From Thraustochytrium aureum (taxonomy: Eukaryota): DNA of 64,000 bases. Positions 1 to 11,285 of the stretch are shown one piece after another (the stretch's first letter is position 1; each line of letters begins with the position of its first letter). Location: NCBI GenBank assembly GCA_012862495.1, contig BLSG01000086.1, forward strand, positions 187,156-251,155. Reading direction: 5' to 3'. The notes under the pieces were generated by a model that saw nothing but the letters and a program-made list of their open reading frames with translations, was not told the origin of the DNA and searched no databases. A program made the position numbers and the translations under genes.

Positions 1-1855
1 CCTGCCTGCCAGCCTGCGCGCCTGGCCGCATTCCGCCCGCCCCCGTTGTCATCACCTTCCGCTCCTTCCTGCTCAGCGATGTCGATCAGTTCAGCCCGCC
101 TCTCTCCCTCTCCATGCTGCTGGCATGTTGCTTGCAGCTTGCTTGCAGTGTCACTGCATGGCGCAGTGGATGGAGGAAGAAGGGCTCGAGGATGGCTCAA
201 CGACCGTCACCCATCACAGGCATCGCTCGATGCGTCTCCCCAGGCATTCGGCGGCGGCCCAGGGGTGAAATACAACGATGAAATGAACGATCACAGCCTG
301 ACGATCACCGCCCTCGGCGCCTTCGACACGCGTTTCCTCTGCAGCCCGTTCCGCGTCGGCGCGAGAGGGCGATGAAATCGGCTGCCGCTGGGTGGGACAC
401 CCGGCGGCCCGCGCGATTGCGCGGTTCTCTGTGAATGGGTTCTTTGATCCTTGCCGGCTCTCCCCCGCGTCCCCTCTCTGTGCTGGCCAGTGGCGGCCGC
501 AAAGATCCGCACCTGCCGTGCGCGTGAGCAGGAAGGATCCCGCGCAGCCCCTCACAGCGGCGGCCGTTTCTCTCGGCGCCGCCCTCACAGCCGCGAGAGG
601 AGCGCGCGCGGGCGGGTGGGGCGAAGCGCCGGTTGTTCCTTTGGCTTTGTACCGCCGAGGAAACGAGTTTCACCCCCGGGCTGCGAGGTGACGCACGGCT
701 GCCTGCTGTGAGGGCGCCGAGGCCTCTTGAAGGGGCGACTCGTTCCCCCTCCCTGCAGCGCCCGACCGCTCTCTCCTTGCCGTGCTGTGCTGGTGGGGCG
801 GAAGGCCTCTGTGAGCGGCGGCTGCAGCGGGGCTCGTGAGGCTTGCTCTCGCTCTGTCTCTCCCTGACTGTTGTTTTGGGGTTTTGGGGTTGGTTTTGGG
901 GTTGTTTGGGTTGGTTTTTGGCTGTTTTNNNNNNNNNNNNNNNNNNNNNNNNNNNNNNNNNNNNNNNNNNNNNNNNNNNNNNNNNNNNNNNNNNNNNNNN
1001 NNNNNNNNNNNNNNNNNNNNNNNNNNNNNNNNNNNNNNNNNNNNNNNNNNNNNNNNNNNNNNNNNNNNNNNNNNNNNNNNNNNNNNNNNNNNNNNNNNNN
1101 NNNNNNNNNNNNNNNNNNNNNNNNNNNNNNNNNNNNNNNNNNNNNNNNNNNNNNNNNNNNNNNNNNNNNNNNNNNNNNNNNNNNNNNNNNNNNNNNNNNN
1201 NNNNNNNNNNNNNNNNNNNNNNNNNNNNNNNNNNNNNNNNNNNNNNNNNNNNNNNNNNNNNNNNNNNNNNNNNNNNNNNNNNNNNNNNNNNNNNNNNNNN
1301 NNNNNNNNNNNNNNNNNNNNNNNNNNNNNNNNNNNNNNNNNNNNNNNNNNNNNNNNNNNNNNNNNNNNNNNNNNNNNNNNNNNNNNNNNNNNNNNNNNNN
1401 NNNNNNNNNNNNNNNNNNNNNNNNNNNNNNNNNNNNNNNNNNNNNNNNNNNNNNNNNNNNNNNNNNNNNNNNNNNNNNNNNNNNNNNNNNNNNNNNNNNN
1501 NNNNNNNNNNNNNNNNNNNNNNNNNNNNNNNNNNNNNNNNNNNNNNNNNNNNNNNNNNNNNNNNNNNNNNNNNNNNNNNNNNNNNNNNNNNNNNNNNNNN
1601 NNNNNNNNNNNNNNNNNNNNNNNNNNNNNNNNNNNNNNNNNNNNNNNNNNNNNNNNNNNNNNNNNNNNNNNNNNNNNNNNNNNNNNNNNNNNNNNNNNNN
1701 NNNNNNNNNNNNNNNNNNNNNNNNNNNNNNNNNNNNNNNNNNNNNNNNNNNNNNNNNNNNNNNNNNNNNNNNNNNNNNNNNNNNNNNNNNNNNNNNNNNN
1801 NNNNNNNNNNNNNNNNNNNNNNNNNNNNNNNNNNNNNNNNNNNNNNNNNNNNNCC

Positions 1856-2557
1856 CAGTACCTGCCCATCTCGGAGGAGGACAAGGCCGAGATCAAGGTC
1901 GAGACCGGCAAGGGCGAGCTCAAGCCCATCATGGTCCGTGCCGGCAAGCAGGGCAAGGTCGCCGCCAAGCGCTTCCAGGAGCAGGCCCTCGCCAAGGTCT
2001 CGGGCCTCAAGAAGCGCACCGGCGAGGTCGTGCACGTCGACCTGGTCAAGTACTCCGAGTTCCTCGACAAGCAGAAGGACAACGTCAAGCAGACCATCTA
2101 CGTCACCCTCGAGAAGATCGACGCCAAGCTGGTCCAGCCCACCAAGGACGTGGCCTCCAAGGGCCGCGCCGTCGTCGAGTCCCGTGTCATCGCGCCCGCC
2201 AAGCAGCGCATCGAGTCCATCCAGATCCCCTTCCAGGACCGCGTCGTGCGCGTCTGGACCGTCGTCGGCGAGGAGTACAACAACCGCGTCGTGCAGCCGC
2301 GCGACCAGATGGTCGAGCGCTTCTGCGAGGAGCTCGCCCTGCAGCAGGAGCTCGCCAAGCAAGAGTACGGCGAGGACCTCACCATCACCGCTGGCCTCAA
2401 GGCCGTCATTGCCGCCGCCCGCAAGCGCCTGTCTGGTGAGTGGGAGATGCGTGTCAGCCCGGCCATCGCCAAGATGATGGGCCGCACCTCCGACTTTGAG
2501 GAGGACGAGATCGAGGAGAAGAGCTTTGGCGACGAGGACGACGAGGTCTCCGAGTAA
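1856..2557 (+). CDS. Perilipin/PAT-family lipid droplet protein (TLDP1-like), 3' part; 5' end lies in gap 929-1853
   Basis: QYLPISEEDKAE...VRAGKQGKVAAKRFQEQALAKV...VDLVKY resembles the perilipin-2/3 segment QYLPLTEEELE...VRLGSLSTKLHSRAYQQALSRV...VHLIEF. Codons are almost all C/G-ending. Stop is TAA at 2555-2557. Confidence 0.7.
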   Translation, partial: QYLPISEEDKAEIKVETGKGELKPIMVRAGKQGKVAAKRFQEQALAKVSGLKKRTGEVVHVDLVKYSEFLDKQKDNVKQTIYVTLEKIDAKLVQPTKDVASKGRAVVESRVIAPAKQRIESIQIPFQDRVVRVWTVVGEEYNNRVVQPRDQMVERFCEELALQQELAKQEYGEDLTITAGLKAVIAAARKRLSGEWEMRVSPAIAKMMGRTSDFEEDEIEEKSFGDEDDEVSE

Positions 2558-2868
2558 GGCGAGCGGGCGGGCGGGTCTACCAACCGACCCTTGGGCTCGC
2601 GCACGGGCGCGCAGTAGAGCGCGCCGCGATCCCCTCTCCGCTTTTGCCTTGCTCCGGTCCCGTTCCCATTCCCGGCGGACCACGGACCAACCTCGCTTGA
2701 GCCGGATCGACCAACAGCCGTCGCAACGCACGGCAACGTAGCTTCGTCACAGAGACAACACAGCCAGAAGGAAAAAAAGCACAAGTGATTCTCCTTTCCA
2801 CCTCGCCTCTTGATCAATCAATCAATCTTGCAATCAATCCACTACCTCCTTGGCCGTCATCGGCCGAA

Positions 2869-3145
2869 CTACACGCCTCCAGTGCGCTCCAGGACAAGCG
2901 CCGCGCCGCCTCGAGCCCGCCCCGGGCCAGCTGACGCGATGCGTTCCAGCGAGCGCCGCAAACCAAACTCGTCCAGCCGCACTGCGCTTGCTACTCGCTC
3001 GCTTTTAGAGGCCTCCAGCAGGACCTGCACCACGCACTCCGTGGCCGCCAGCGCCAGCGCGCGTTTCGGCAGTCCTTCGACAGAGCGCATGTCGCCCGCG
3101 GCGCGCCCCTCTCCGTCGTCGCCAGAGTCCTCCTCCTCCTCCTCC

Positions 3146-3176
<31 letters not shown>

Positions 3177-6100
3177 CGGAAGACGACCCGGACGCGCTCG
3201 AGCGAGCGCCGCCCGCCAACTTTGCACGCCCGGCCGTTCCCGGCTCGCTCAACAAGGCTGCGCTTGACGCAGCAGCGCCGAGCCGCNNNNNNNNNNNNNN
3301 NNNNNNNNNNNNNNNNNNNNNNNNNNNNNNNNNNNNNNNNNNNNNNNNNNNNNNNNNNNNNNNNNNNNNNNNNNNNNNNNNNNNNNNNNNNNNNNNNNNN
3401 NNNNNNNNNNNNNNNNNNNNNNNNNNNNNNNNNNNNNNNNNNNNNNNNNNNNNNNNNNNNNNNNNNNNNNNNNNNNNNNNNNNNNNNNNNNNNNNNNNNN
3501 NNNNNNNNNNNCCGCACACCACGGCAAGGTGTTCCAGGCAGGCCGCTGCCTGCGCCACCGCGGCGACGTCCACGCGCAAACTCAGATGGCGCCAGTCGTC
3601 CCGCTCGTCCACCGGCAAAGCGCCGCCGCTCCCGAGAGCCCGCTGGCTGCGAGCGCCAGCAGGCGACCCCGGAGGCGTGAGAATCTCGCCAGCCGCTTCG
3701 CTGTTGCCGCTGTGCGGCGCCATGCTCGACAAGAAAACCCTGTCGCGCCGCGGATGCTGGAAAACCAGAGCATGGCCCGGGAACCCACGCCCTCGGTGTC
3801 CAGCGCCCGCTCCATTGTGAGGGCGACGACGCTCAGCAACACGACAAGGCAGTCGCTAGGTGCACCGACCAACCCTCGCTCGGCCACCTCCCTCGCCACT
3901 CGCTCGCCCGACTCCACCACCATCGTTAGCACGCCGTCCAGGAGGTCCACGCAAGCCTGGGCAAGCTCTGGCCCCGAGTCGACTGAACTCGCCGCGAAAA
4001 GGGCAGCGCTGCGGTCCACCTGCGGCGCCCCCGTACCAGTCCCGGCGGTCTGCCCGCCGCCCGAGGCTTGAGCCCCTGTCAAGATCGGCCTGGCCCGCCG
4101 CCGCGGTGTCGAGGGCAACGCACCAACGGCTGCGCCCTCCCACCCAGCGCGCGGCGCGTCTTCCTCCGCCTGCTCGCGGTGCGTGAGGTGGAACGCAAGC
4201 TCGAAGCAGGACAGGCTGCGCGCGATGACGTCGCCACTTGCCTGCAAGAGCCCAGCTCGGGCCGACTCGCTGCGCGAACGCAAAACCGCGGCGACGACGC
4301 GGACGACAGACAGCGTTGAGATCCCGCCGCCGCCGGCCCCCAGGTCCGCCCTGTGCTCTGCGGCATTCGACTCCGCATCCTGGCCCTTCTCCTCTCCCCC
4401 GGCCAGGGCCCCTCCACCACTCTCCGCCGCCGCTTTTGCCTTTGCCTTTGCCTCGTCTGCCGCAGACGCACCTGCGCCTCCTGCGCTCTCGCGAAGCGCG
4501 GGGCGCGTGGGCCGCGGACCGGGCAAGAGCCTGATGATCCGCTGCACGAGGCCAACCGCTTCGAGGTCGTCAACGATGCCCGGGCGAGCCTCAATCACGG
4601 TCTGGAGCAGGTCGAGGCAGATCTGCGACACGGCGTTGCTCGCGCTGACTTCCTCGTCGCCCGAAAGACGGCCCAGGAGCCGGTCAAGCCGAGCGAGCAC
4701 GCGGTGGACGATAAAGCGGTCGACGCACTCGAGCAGTCTCGCAAAGAGGTCCTCTACGTCAACCACAACGTCGTCGCGAACGAGGTCTCGAGCTGCCAAG
4801 TCCTCAGCGGCGCCGCCTTCGCGCTGCTCAAACGCCTGCACATACAGCGTGATAAGGTCGGCGGCCATGCGGAGGCACAGCGCGTTTACCTCGGGCTGAG
4901 GGCCGTTCACGCCGTGCCACCACAGCGCGGGCAACAGGCCTCGAATGACCTCCACGGCGATCTCGGGCCGCAGCAGGGCGGATCGCTCCTGCACCAGAGC
5001 CTCCACAAGCGGCAGAATGAGCCGGTGGAACCGCGGAGCGCTCCCGGACCCGACGTGGGCGTTGACGCGCACGAGCGTCGCCGAGACCCGAACGAGGTCC
5101 GGGCTGCACAGCATCAGCGGGCGCAGGGCCTTGCTTGCGCCAACATGCACGAGCACTGGAAGGACCTCCTCTGCTAGCTTTTCCAGGATCCCGACCTCGC
5201 GGGAGAATCCGCCCACGACACGCCCGGACCCCCAGGACGGGGCCCATCTTGACCCCTGCCCGAACGCTCGCCTGGACGGCCTCCTCCACGATGCCTGCGA
5301 TGGTAGTCAAGAGTGCCGCTAGGCATCGCCGAACCTGGGCCGCGCCTTCGGCGCCGCCGTCGCGGGCGATGAGCTCGTCCACGCGCAAGCTCGGCGCCCG
5401 GTTGCGTGTCGGAAGCACGCCGCTGTCATCCCGCACCCCTCGCACCTCGCCGGCAACGGCGCCTGGGCCGCCCTCGCCCTCCACGAGCTTGCTGTGCAAC
5501 CTATCAAACACCTGGCCCAAGCGATGGTCCAGCAAATAGCGCAGCTCGCCGGGGTACGCGCGGAGCGCCAAGGCGAGGGCCAGGATCGCCTTCGAGCGCA
5601 CCGAGAACGTCTGCCCGTGGCTTACGAGCTGCACCAACGCCTTCAAGATCGNNNNNNNNNNNNNNNNNNNNNNNNNNNNNNNNNNNNNNNNNNNNNNNNN
5701 NNNNNNNNNNNNNNNNNNNNNNNNNNNNNNNNNNNNNNNNNNNNNNNNNNNNNNNNNNNNNNNNNNNNNNNNNNNNNNNNNNNNNNNNNNNNNNNNNNNN
5801 NNNNNNNNNNNNNNNNNNNNNNNNNNNNNNNNNNNNNNNNNNNNNNNNNNNNNNNNNNNNNNNNNNNNNNNNNNNNNNNNNNNNNNNNNNNNNNNNNNNN
5901 NNNNNNNNNNNNNNNNNNNNNNNNNNNNNNNNNNNNNNNNNNNNNNNNNNNNNNNNNNNNNNNNNNNNNNNNNNNNNNNNNNNNNNNNNNNNNNNNNNNN
6001 NNNNNNNNNNNNNNNNNNNNNNNNNNNNNNNNNNNNNNNNNNNNNNNNNNNNNNNNNNNNNNNNNNNNNNNNNNNNNNNNNNNNNNNNNNNNNNNNNNNN

Positions 6101-9066
6101 NNNNNNNNNNNNNNNNNNNNNNNNNNNNNNNNNNNNNNNNNNNNNNNNNNNNNNNNNNNNNNNNNNNNNNNNNNNNNNNNNNNNNNNNNNNNNNNNNNNN
6201 NNNNNNNNNNNNNNNNNNNNNNNNNNNNNNNNNNNNNNNNNNNNNNNNNNNNNNNNNNNNNNNNNNNNNNNNNNNNNNNNNNNNNNNNNNNNNNNNNNNN
6301 NNNNNNNNNNNNNNNNNNNNNNNNNNNNNNNNNNNNNNNNNNNNNNNNNNNNNNNNNNNNNNNNNNNNNNNNNNNNNNNNNNNNNNNNNNNNNNNTGGCG
6401 CGCGAGCTGCGCGTGCTGCTGCAAAAACGCTTCCGTGCGAGTCCCAAGCCGAATCAGGAGCGCCAACAGAGACGAGCTCACAATCACGTTGGCTAGCCGC
6501 GGGCTGCGGCACAGCGTGTAAAGATAGCCTAGCACCTGCGCGATGTAGGCTGGGCCCTTGCCAGGCCCAGACCCAGACAAAGTCGAAACACCTGGCTCAG
6601 AAACTGCTCGAGTTCGTGGCTGCTCATGGCGGCGACCATTTCCAACCGGACAGCAGGAAACCCAAGCGCACGAGCGCTAAATTTAAGAACTGGGAGCGAC
6701 GCCGTCGAAGGGTTGCCGACGATCGGCTTCACGGCAAAGTCGCTCGCGTCGGCCACAAGCGCTGCCACAGGCAACGGCCCATGCACTGCGTCCTCCGGGA
6801 CCAAAATCTCCAGTCTGCGCGCTAGGACGCGGTTTTGGAACGACTTTTGGATTTCCACGATTGCTTCCAGCAGGTACGGGTCAAAGATATCCCTGCCCAG
6901 GTCCGCCTCATCCGGGGCTTCCAAGACGCGCTGCCCAGCCCTGAGCCCCGCTTCTGAAGACTCGCGCGTTGACGGCAGCGAGCCGTGCGCTATAGTGGGA
7001 ATCGGCTGTTCATCAAAGTCGACAGCTTGGCCAGGAGCGCCGAAGCCCAAGCTCTCTTCGAGGCCACCATTCGGGTTGCCGAACTGCTCGGGCCCGCCTA
7101 CGCTCTCCTCGTTGTCCGCGATGCCGAGTTCGTCGTCGTCAAAGTCGAGTTGGAGCACTGCAGCTGCAGCCTCGTGAACCGAAGAAGTGCGCCGCGACTC
7201 GNNNNNNNNNNNNNNNNNNNNNNNNNNNNNNNNNNNNNNNNNNNNNNNNNNNNNNNNNNNNNNNNNNNNNNNNNNNNNNNNNNNNNNNNNNNNNNNNNNN
7301 NNNNNNNNNNNNNNNNNNNNNNNNNNNNNNNNNNNNNNNNNNNNNNNNNNNNNNNNNNNNNNNNNNNNNNNNNNNNNNNNNNNNNNNNNNNNNNNNNNNN
7401 NNNNNNNNNNNNNNNNNNNNNNNNNNNNNNNNNNNNNNNNNNNNNNNNNNNNNNNNNNNNNNNNNNNNNNNNNNNNNNNNNNNNNNNNNNNNNNNNNNNN
7501 NNNNNNNNNNNNNNNNNNNNNNNNNNNNNNNNNNNNNNNNNNNNNNNNNNNNNNNNNNNNNNNNNNNNNNNNNNNNNNNNNNNNNNNNNNNNNNNNNNNN
7601 NNNNNNNNNNNNNNNNNNNNNNNNNNNNNNNNNNNNNNNNNNNNNNNNNNNNNNNNNNNNNNNNNNNNNNNNNNNNNNNNNNNNNNNNNNNNNNNNNNNN
7701 NNNNNNNNNNNNNNNNNNNNNNNNNNNNNNNNNNNNNNNNNNNNNNNNNNNNNNNNNNNNNNNNNNNNNNNNNNNNNNNNNNNNNNNNNNNNNNNNNNNN
7801 NNNNNNNNNNNNNNNNNNNNNNNNNNNNNNNNNNNNNNNNNNNNNNNNNNNNNNNNNNNNNTCGAAATTCTCGGCCTCGCCATCCTTTGCTACCGACAGC
7901 GGCGTCGAGCCTGACGTTTGCAGCTGGGACAGCGACCGCCTCGCGTACGACCCGCTGGCCGAGTCCACGCTCTCGCGCAGCAAGTTGCGCTTTGCCCGCT
8001 GCGACATCCTGAGCGAGTCGTCGGAGGGCCGAATGGCCCCGCGCTGGGAGCCTGCAAAGTCGCTCATTTCCCCGCCCCCGCCGCCGCCCTCCCCGTCTCC
8101 AGCGCCAGCCAGCTTGTGCTCCAAGTCGAGTCCACTCTCGTCGTCTAGCTCGGGGTCAGAGTCCTCCTCTGCGCAACCAGGCGTGTACAGCCGCGTGCGG
8201 AGATACCTATTGTAGGCCGCGTTGACCGGCATCGGGCGTAAAGTGAGCATCGGCATCGAGGCCCAGAACTCGTGCGTGACAAGCGCCGGCCAGGTGAGGC
8301 GCTTGGCCGGGTCCTTTCGAAGCAACGAGCGCAGCAAGTTGTTGAACTGCACGCTCAGCCCGCTGTCCTGTGCAAGCGGGAGCTCCAGCGGGGCGTGCTG
8401 GATCTTGAAGACTAGCTCGGTGAAGCTGCTCGAGTGAAAAGGCAGGCGGCCCATCGCCAGCTCGTACAGAACACACCCAAGGGACCAGAGGTCGCTTGCA
8501 ATGGAATGGACCCCCTCGTCGGAGAAGAGCTCGGGGGCCATGTAGAATGGCGTCCCGCCAAACTTGGTTGCTGCAGCGGCCTTTTGCGCTGGCTCCGGGG
8601 CCTCGCTCTCGTTTGGCGCCGGAGGGGCGACATTCTTGGACAGCGCAAAGTCGCCAAGCTTGAGCACGCCGTACTCGTTCAGGAGGATGTTGGATGGCTT
8701 GAGATCGCAAAACAAGATCCCATTCGCGTGCAGGTAGTGCAGAGCGTGCAAGAGATCGGCGCCAAACACCCGCACTGCGCTCTCGGGGAGCCGCACGTCT
8801 TGCTCAATCAGCTCTTTGAGGCTGCCCCCGGTGCAGTACTCGAGGATTAGCCAAATGTGGTGCCGCGTTTCGTACCACTTGTAGAACCGCAGGCAGTTGG
8901 GGTGGTCCAGCCGGTACATCATGCGCACCTCGTGCAAGACCTTGTCCAGCTTGTCCTTGTCCACGCTTTTGATCGCCACATACTTTACCGTCTGCTTCTC
9001 GCGCCCTTTGTACACAAGGCTGTGCTGGCCTCGCCCGATCTCCTCGTAGATGTGATACCCGTCCAT
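2869..9066 (-). CDS. ULK4: ULK4/RUNKEL-family Ser/Thr kinase with long C-terminal HEAT/ARM-like region (3 apparent frameshifts, internal gaps)
   Basis: N-terminus MDGYHIYEEIGRGQHSLVYKGR..VAIK..WYET.HHIWLILEYCTGGSL..FCDLKPSNILL..DFA..GTPFYMAPE is typical of ULK4/RUK. Leu-rich helical repeats continue through ORFs 6580-5504, ~5650-5220, 5216-3780 and 3780-2869, joined by 1-nt shifts at ~6580, ~5230 and ~3785. Confidence 0.88.
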
Positions 9067-9659
9067 CGCCCGTGCAGCGGGGCCGGCGCGCCGAAGCGCT
9101 GTCCGCTTCGCCCTGGCCTGGCTGGCTCAACCCTGGCGCCAACAAGGGCGAGCGACCGAGCGACCGAGCGACCGAGCGAGCGGATGATATGGCCAGCTTC
9201 GACCAGCGCAGCCCTTGTGGGAGCGGCGCTGGCGGTGGGGGCGCCAAGCCCACCCCCGCCTCCTCCTTTCGCCACCTCGCCCTGCCCCTTTGCGAGCGGG
9301 ACTGTGCGCCGGCCTGCTCTGTCCGCGGCCGCAGTTCGCTTGCGCGCGGCGTTCCAGGTTTGAATCCAGCCAAGAACAGAATGCGCCTCGGGGCCGGCGC
9401 GAACGAGTCCCGCTCGCTTGCGAGACCGGCCGAGGCCTGCCGCGCGCGCGGCTCTGCCGGGGGCGAACCCGCGTGCGGCGGCGCCTCGCTTGCCGGGGAG
9501 GACGCTGCGCAAGGAGTGTTGTGAGCAAGGTTGTTGCGGGGAGGAGGAGGACCCGGCCCTCGCGACGGTGAGGACCGCGCGCCGCAGCGCACGACGCAAC
9601 TGCTATTTGAACAAGCACTACCCGTACATCATGATACCAGTAGCTGTACACATGCGGCC

Positions 9660-10925
9660 CTATTCAGGCTCGCTCTCAGAGTCTGAGGGAGTCTCGCTCT
9701 CGGCTCCGCCCGCAGCGTCCGCTTTGGCTCGCGCCTGAGCCTCCGCGACGGCATCTTTGACAAGCGCCTCGGCTTCCACGCCGGACGCCATCTCAAGTGC
9801 GGTTTTGCCATAGACGTCCTTGGCCTCGACGTCAAACTTGTCCGCGAAGGCCAGGAGCGCGGCTATGAGCTTTGCGTTGCGCGTCATCGACACGGCCCAC
9901 ATCAACGCGTTCTTCCCGGTCGACCGCTCTGTGGTGGCCAGCTCGGCCCCCTTTGCCAAGAGAGCCTCGACGCACTCGAGCTTGTTCCAGCGCGCCGCGA
10001 GCATTAGCGGCGTCCAGCCTTTGCGGTCCCGGCGGTCGGGGTCGGCGCCTCGGTCCAGCAGCAGCTTTACGGTTTTTTGGAAACCCCAGCGCGCGGCGTG
10101 CATGAGCGGCGTGCGGCGCGTACCGTCGACGACGTCGACGTCGGCGGCAAAGTCGCACAGCTTTTTGGCGATGCCAAAGAAGCCCGACTGGCTCGCATAC
10201 GAGAGCGAGGTGAACCCTGCCAAGTCGGCATGGTTCACCTGGGAGTCCCACAGCAGCTGCTCAACAGCCTCCTTGTTGCCGCGCTGGGCAGCGATAACGA
10301 GGGCTGTGCGTCCTTGTATATCGGTGGCCTCATGGTCGGCGGCGTCCTTGAGAAGCGTGAGGACCTGGACGTGGTTGTTTTGTGCCGCCCACATAAGGGC
10401 CGACATCTTGCAGTCCCGATCAAACGGGTCTGTGCGAGCCCCGTGCTCCAGGAGGAGCTCGACGACGTCAGAGTGGCCGTTTCGCGCGGCCGCCATGAGC
10501 GCAGAAAACTCGGTCCAGTGAACCTCAGGGTTTGTTCCCGGCAGGGCGGCAACACGGCAATTGACAACGTCAAGCTCCTCCTCCTTGGCGAACTGCAATA
10601 CCTCGCGGCACGTGGCGACGTCGCCTTTCCGCGCTGCCTCAATCAGCTCCTCTCCCGTCTCTTGCTCGACTTCGCGCTTTTCTTCCTCGTCACGGAGACG
10701 TTCCAACTCCTCCGGAGTCAGCGCGTTGGTAATCTCGGCACAGTCGGCGCCGTCATCTTCGGCGCCGCGGTTTGCTCGCCCAGAAGGCCCTGGCTCGCCA
10801 TCCGCATCCGCTGGGCCTTCGTTGCCCTCGCTGCGTCTTTTCGCGAAGCGCTCAAGCCCTTCGTTGAGCGTAATTTCGTCGTCCGTGTCGAGGCTGCTCA
10901 GACTTCCCGCCTCAGAAGCGGGCAT
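9660..10925 (-). CDS. Ankyrin-repeat protein with acidic N-terminus
   Basis: About 8 repeats such as SALMAAARNGHSDVVELLLEHGA, TPLMHAARWGFQKTVKLLLDRGAD and GWTPLMLAARWN. First plausible ATG (MPASEAG) is at 10925. Confidence 0.88.
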   Translation of the reverse strand: MPASEAGSLSSLDTDDEITLNEGLERFAKRRSEGNEGPADADGEPGPSGRANRGAEDDGADCAEITNALTPEELERLRDEEEKREVEQETGEELIEAARKGDVATCREVLQFAKEEELDVVNCRVAALPGTNPEVHWTEFSALMAAARNGHSDVVELLLEHGARTDPFDRDCKMSALMWAAQNNHVQVLTLLKDAADHEATDIQGRTALVIAAQRGNKEAVEQLLWDSQVNHADLAGFTSLSYASQSGFFGIAKKLCDFAADVDVVDGTRRTPLMHAARWGFQKTVKLLLDRGADPDRRDRKGWTPLMLAARWNKLECVEALLAKGAELATTERSTGKNALMWAVSMTRNAKLIAALLAFADKFDVEAKDVYGKTALEMASGVEAEALVKDAVAEAQARAKADAAGGAESETPSDSESEPE

Positions 10926-11285
10926 CTTGTCATCCAGCGCAAGCGCCGAGCTCGTCTGCCGCAGCTGCTTGCCCGCCCGCCTGCCGGCCGCCAGCGCCGC
11001 CAGGGGCGGAGGGATGGCGTTGTGGGCCACGCGAGTGTCCGTTACAAAAATGCCCCAGCTCTTGTCAACCGAGAACGAACACTGCGACAAGGCCAACAAC
11101 AGCAGCCAGAGCAGCGACGACACATGAGCAACTAGCTAGGTACGACAACCGCGAGGACGAGTCCTGGCTTTCCGAGACACGGCGCGGCCGCAGGATGAGG
11201 ATTGGGCAACTGCGAAAACGGAAGAGGAGTGCACGGCCGACTGCACGGCAAGCACCAGTCAAAAGCGTGGATGGGACTGCTTTTC

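Noticed and set aside
871..928. True telomere
   Set aside because: Irregular, short and internal, with ordinary sequence on both sides.
305..2731. Long antisense ORFs (also 10077-11135, 17687-19516, 22870-24054, 29228-30424)
   Set aside because: Shadow ORFs caused by high GC and codon bias opposite recognisable genes.
3128..3175. (TCC)n(ATC)n repeat as a separate element
   Set aside because: It encodes the poly-Asp/Glu tract in the ULK4 C-terminus.
10926..11123. Signal-peptide-like N-terminal extension of the ankyrin protein
   Set aside because: It begins at a non-ATG codon and looks like 5' UTR; unsupported without transcripts.
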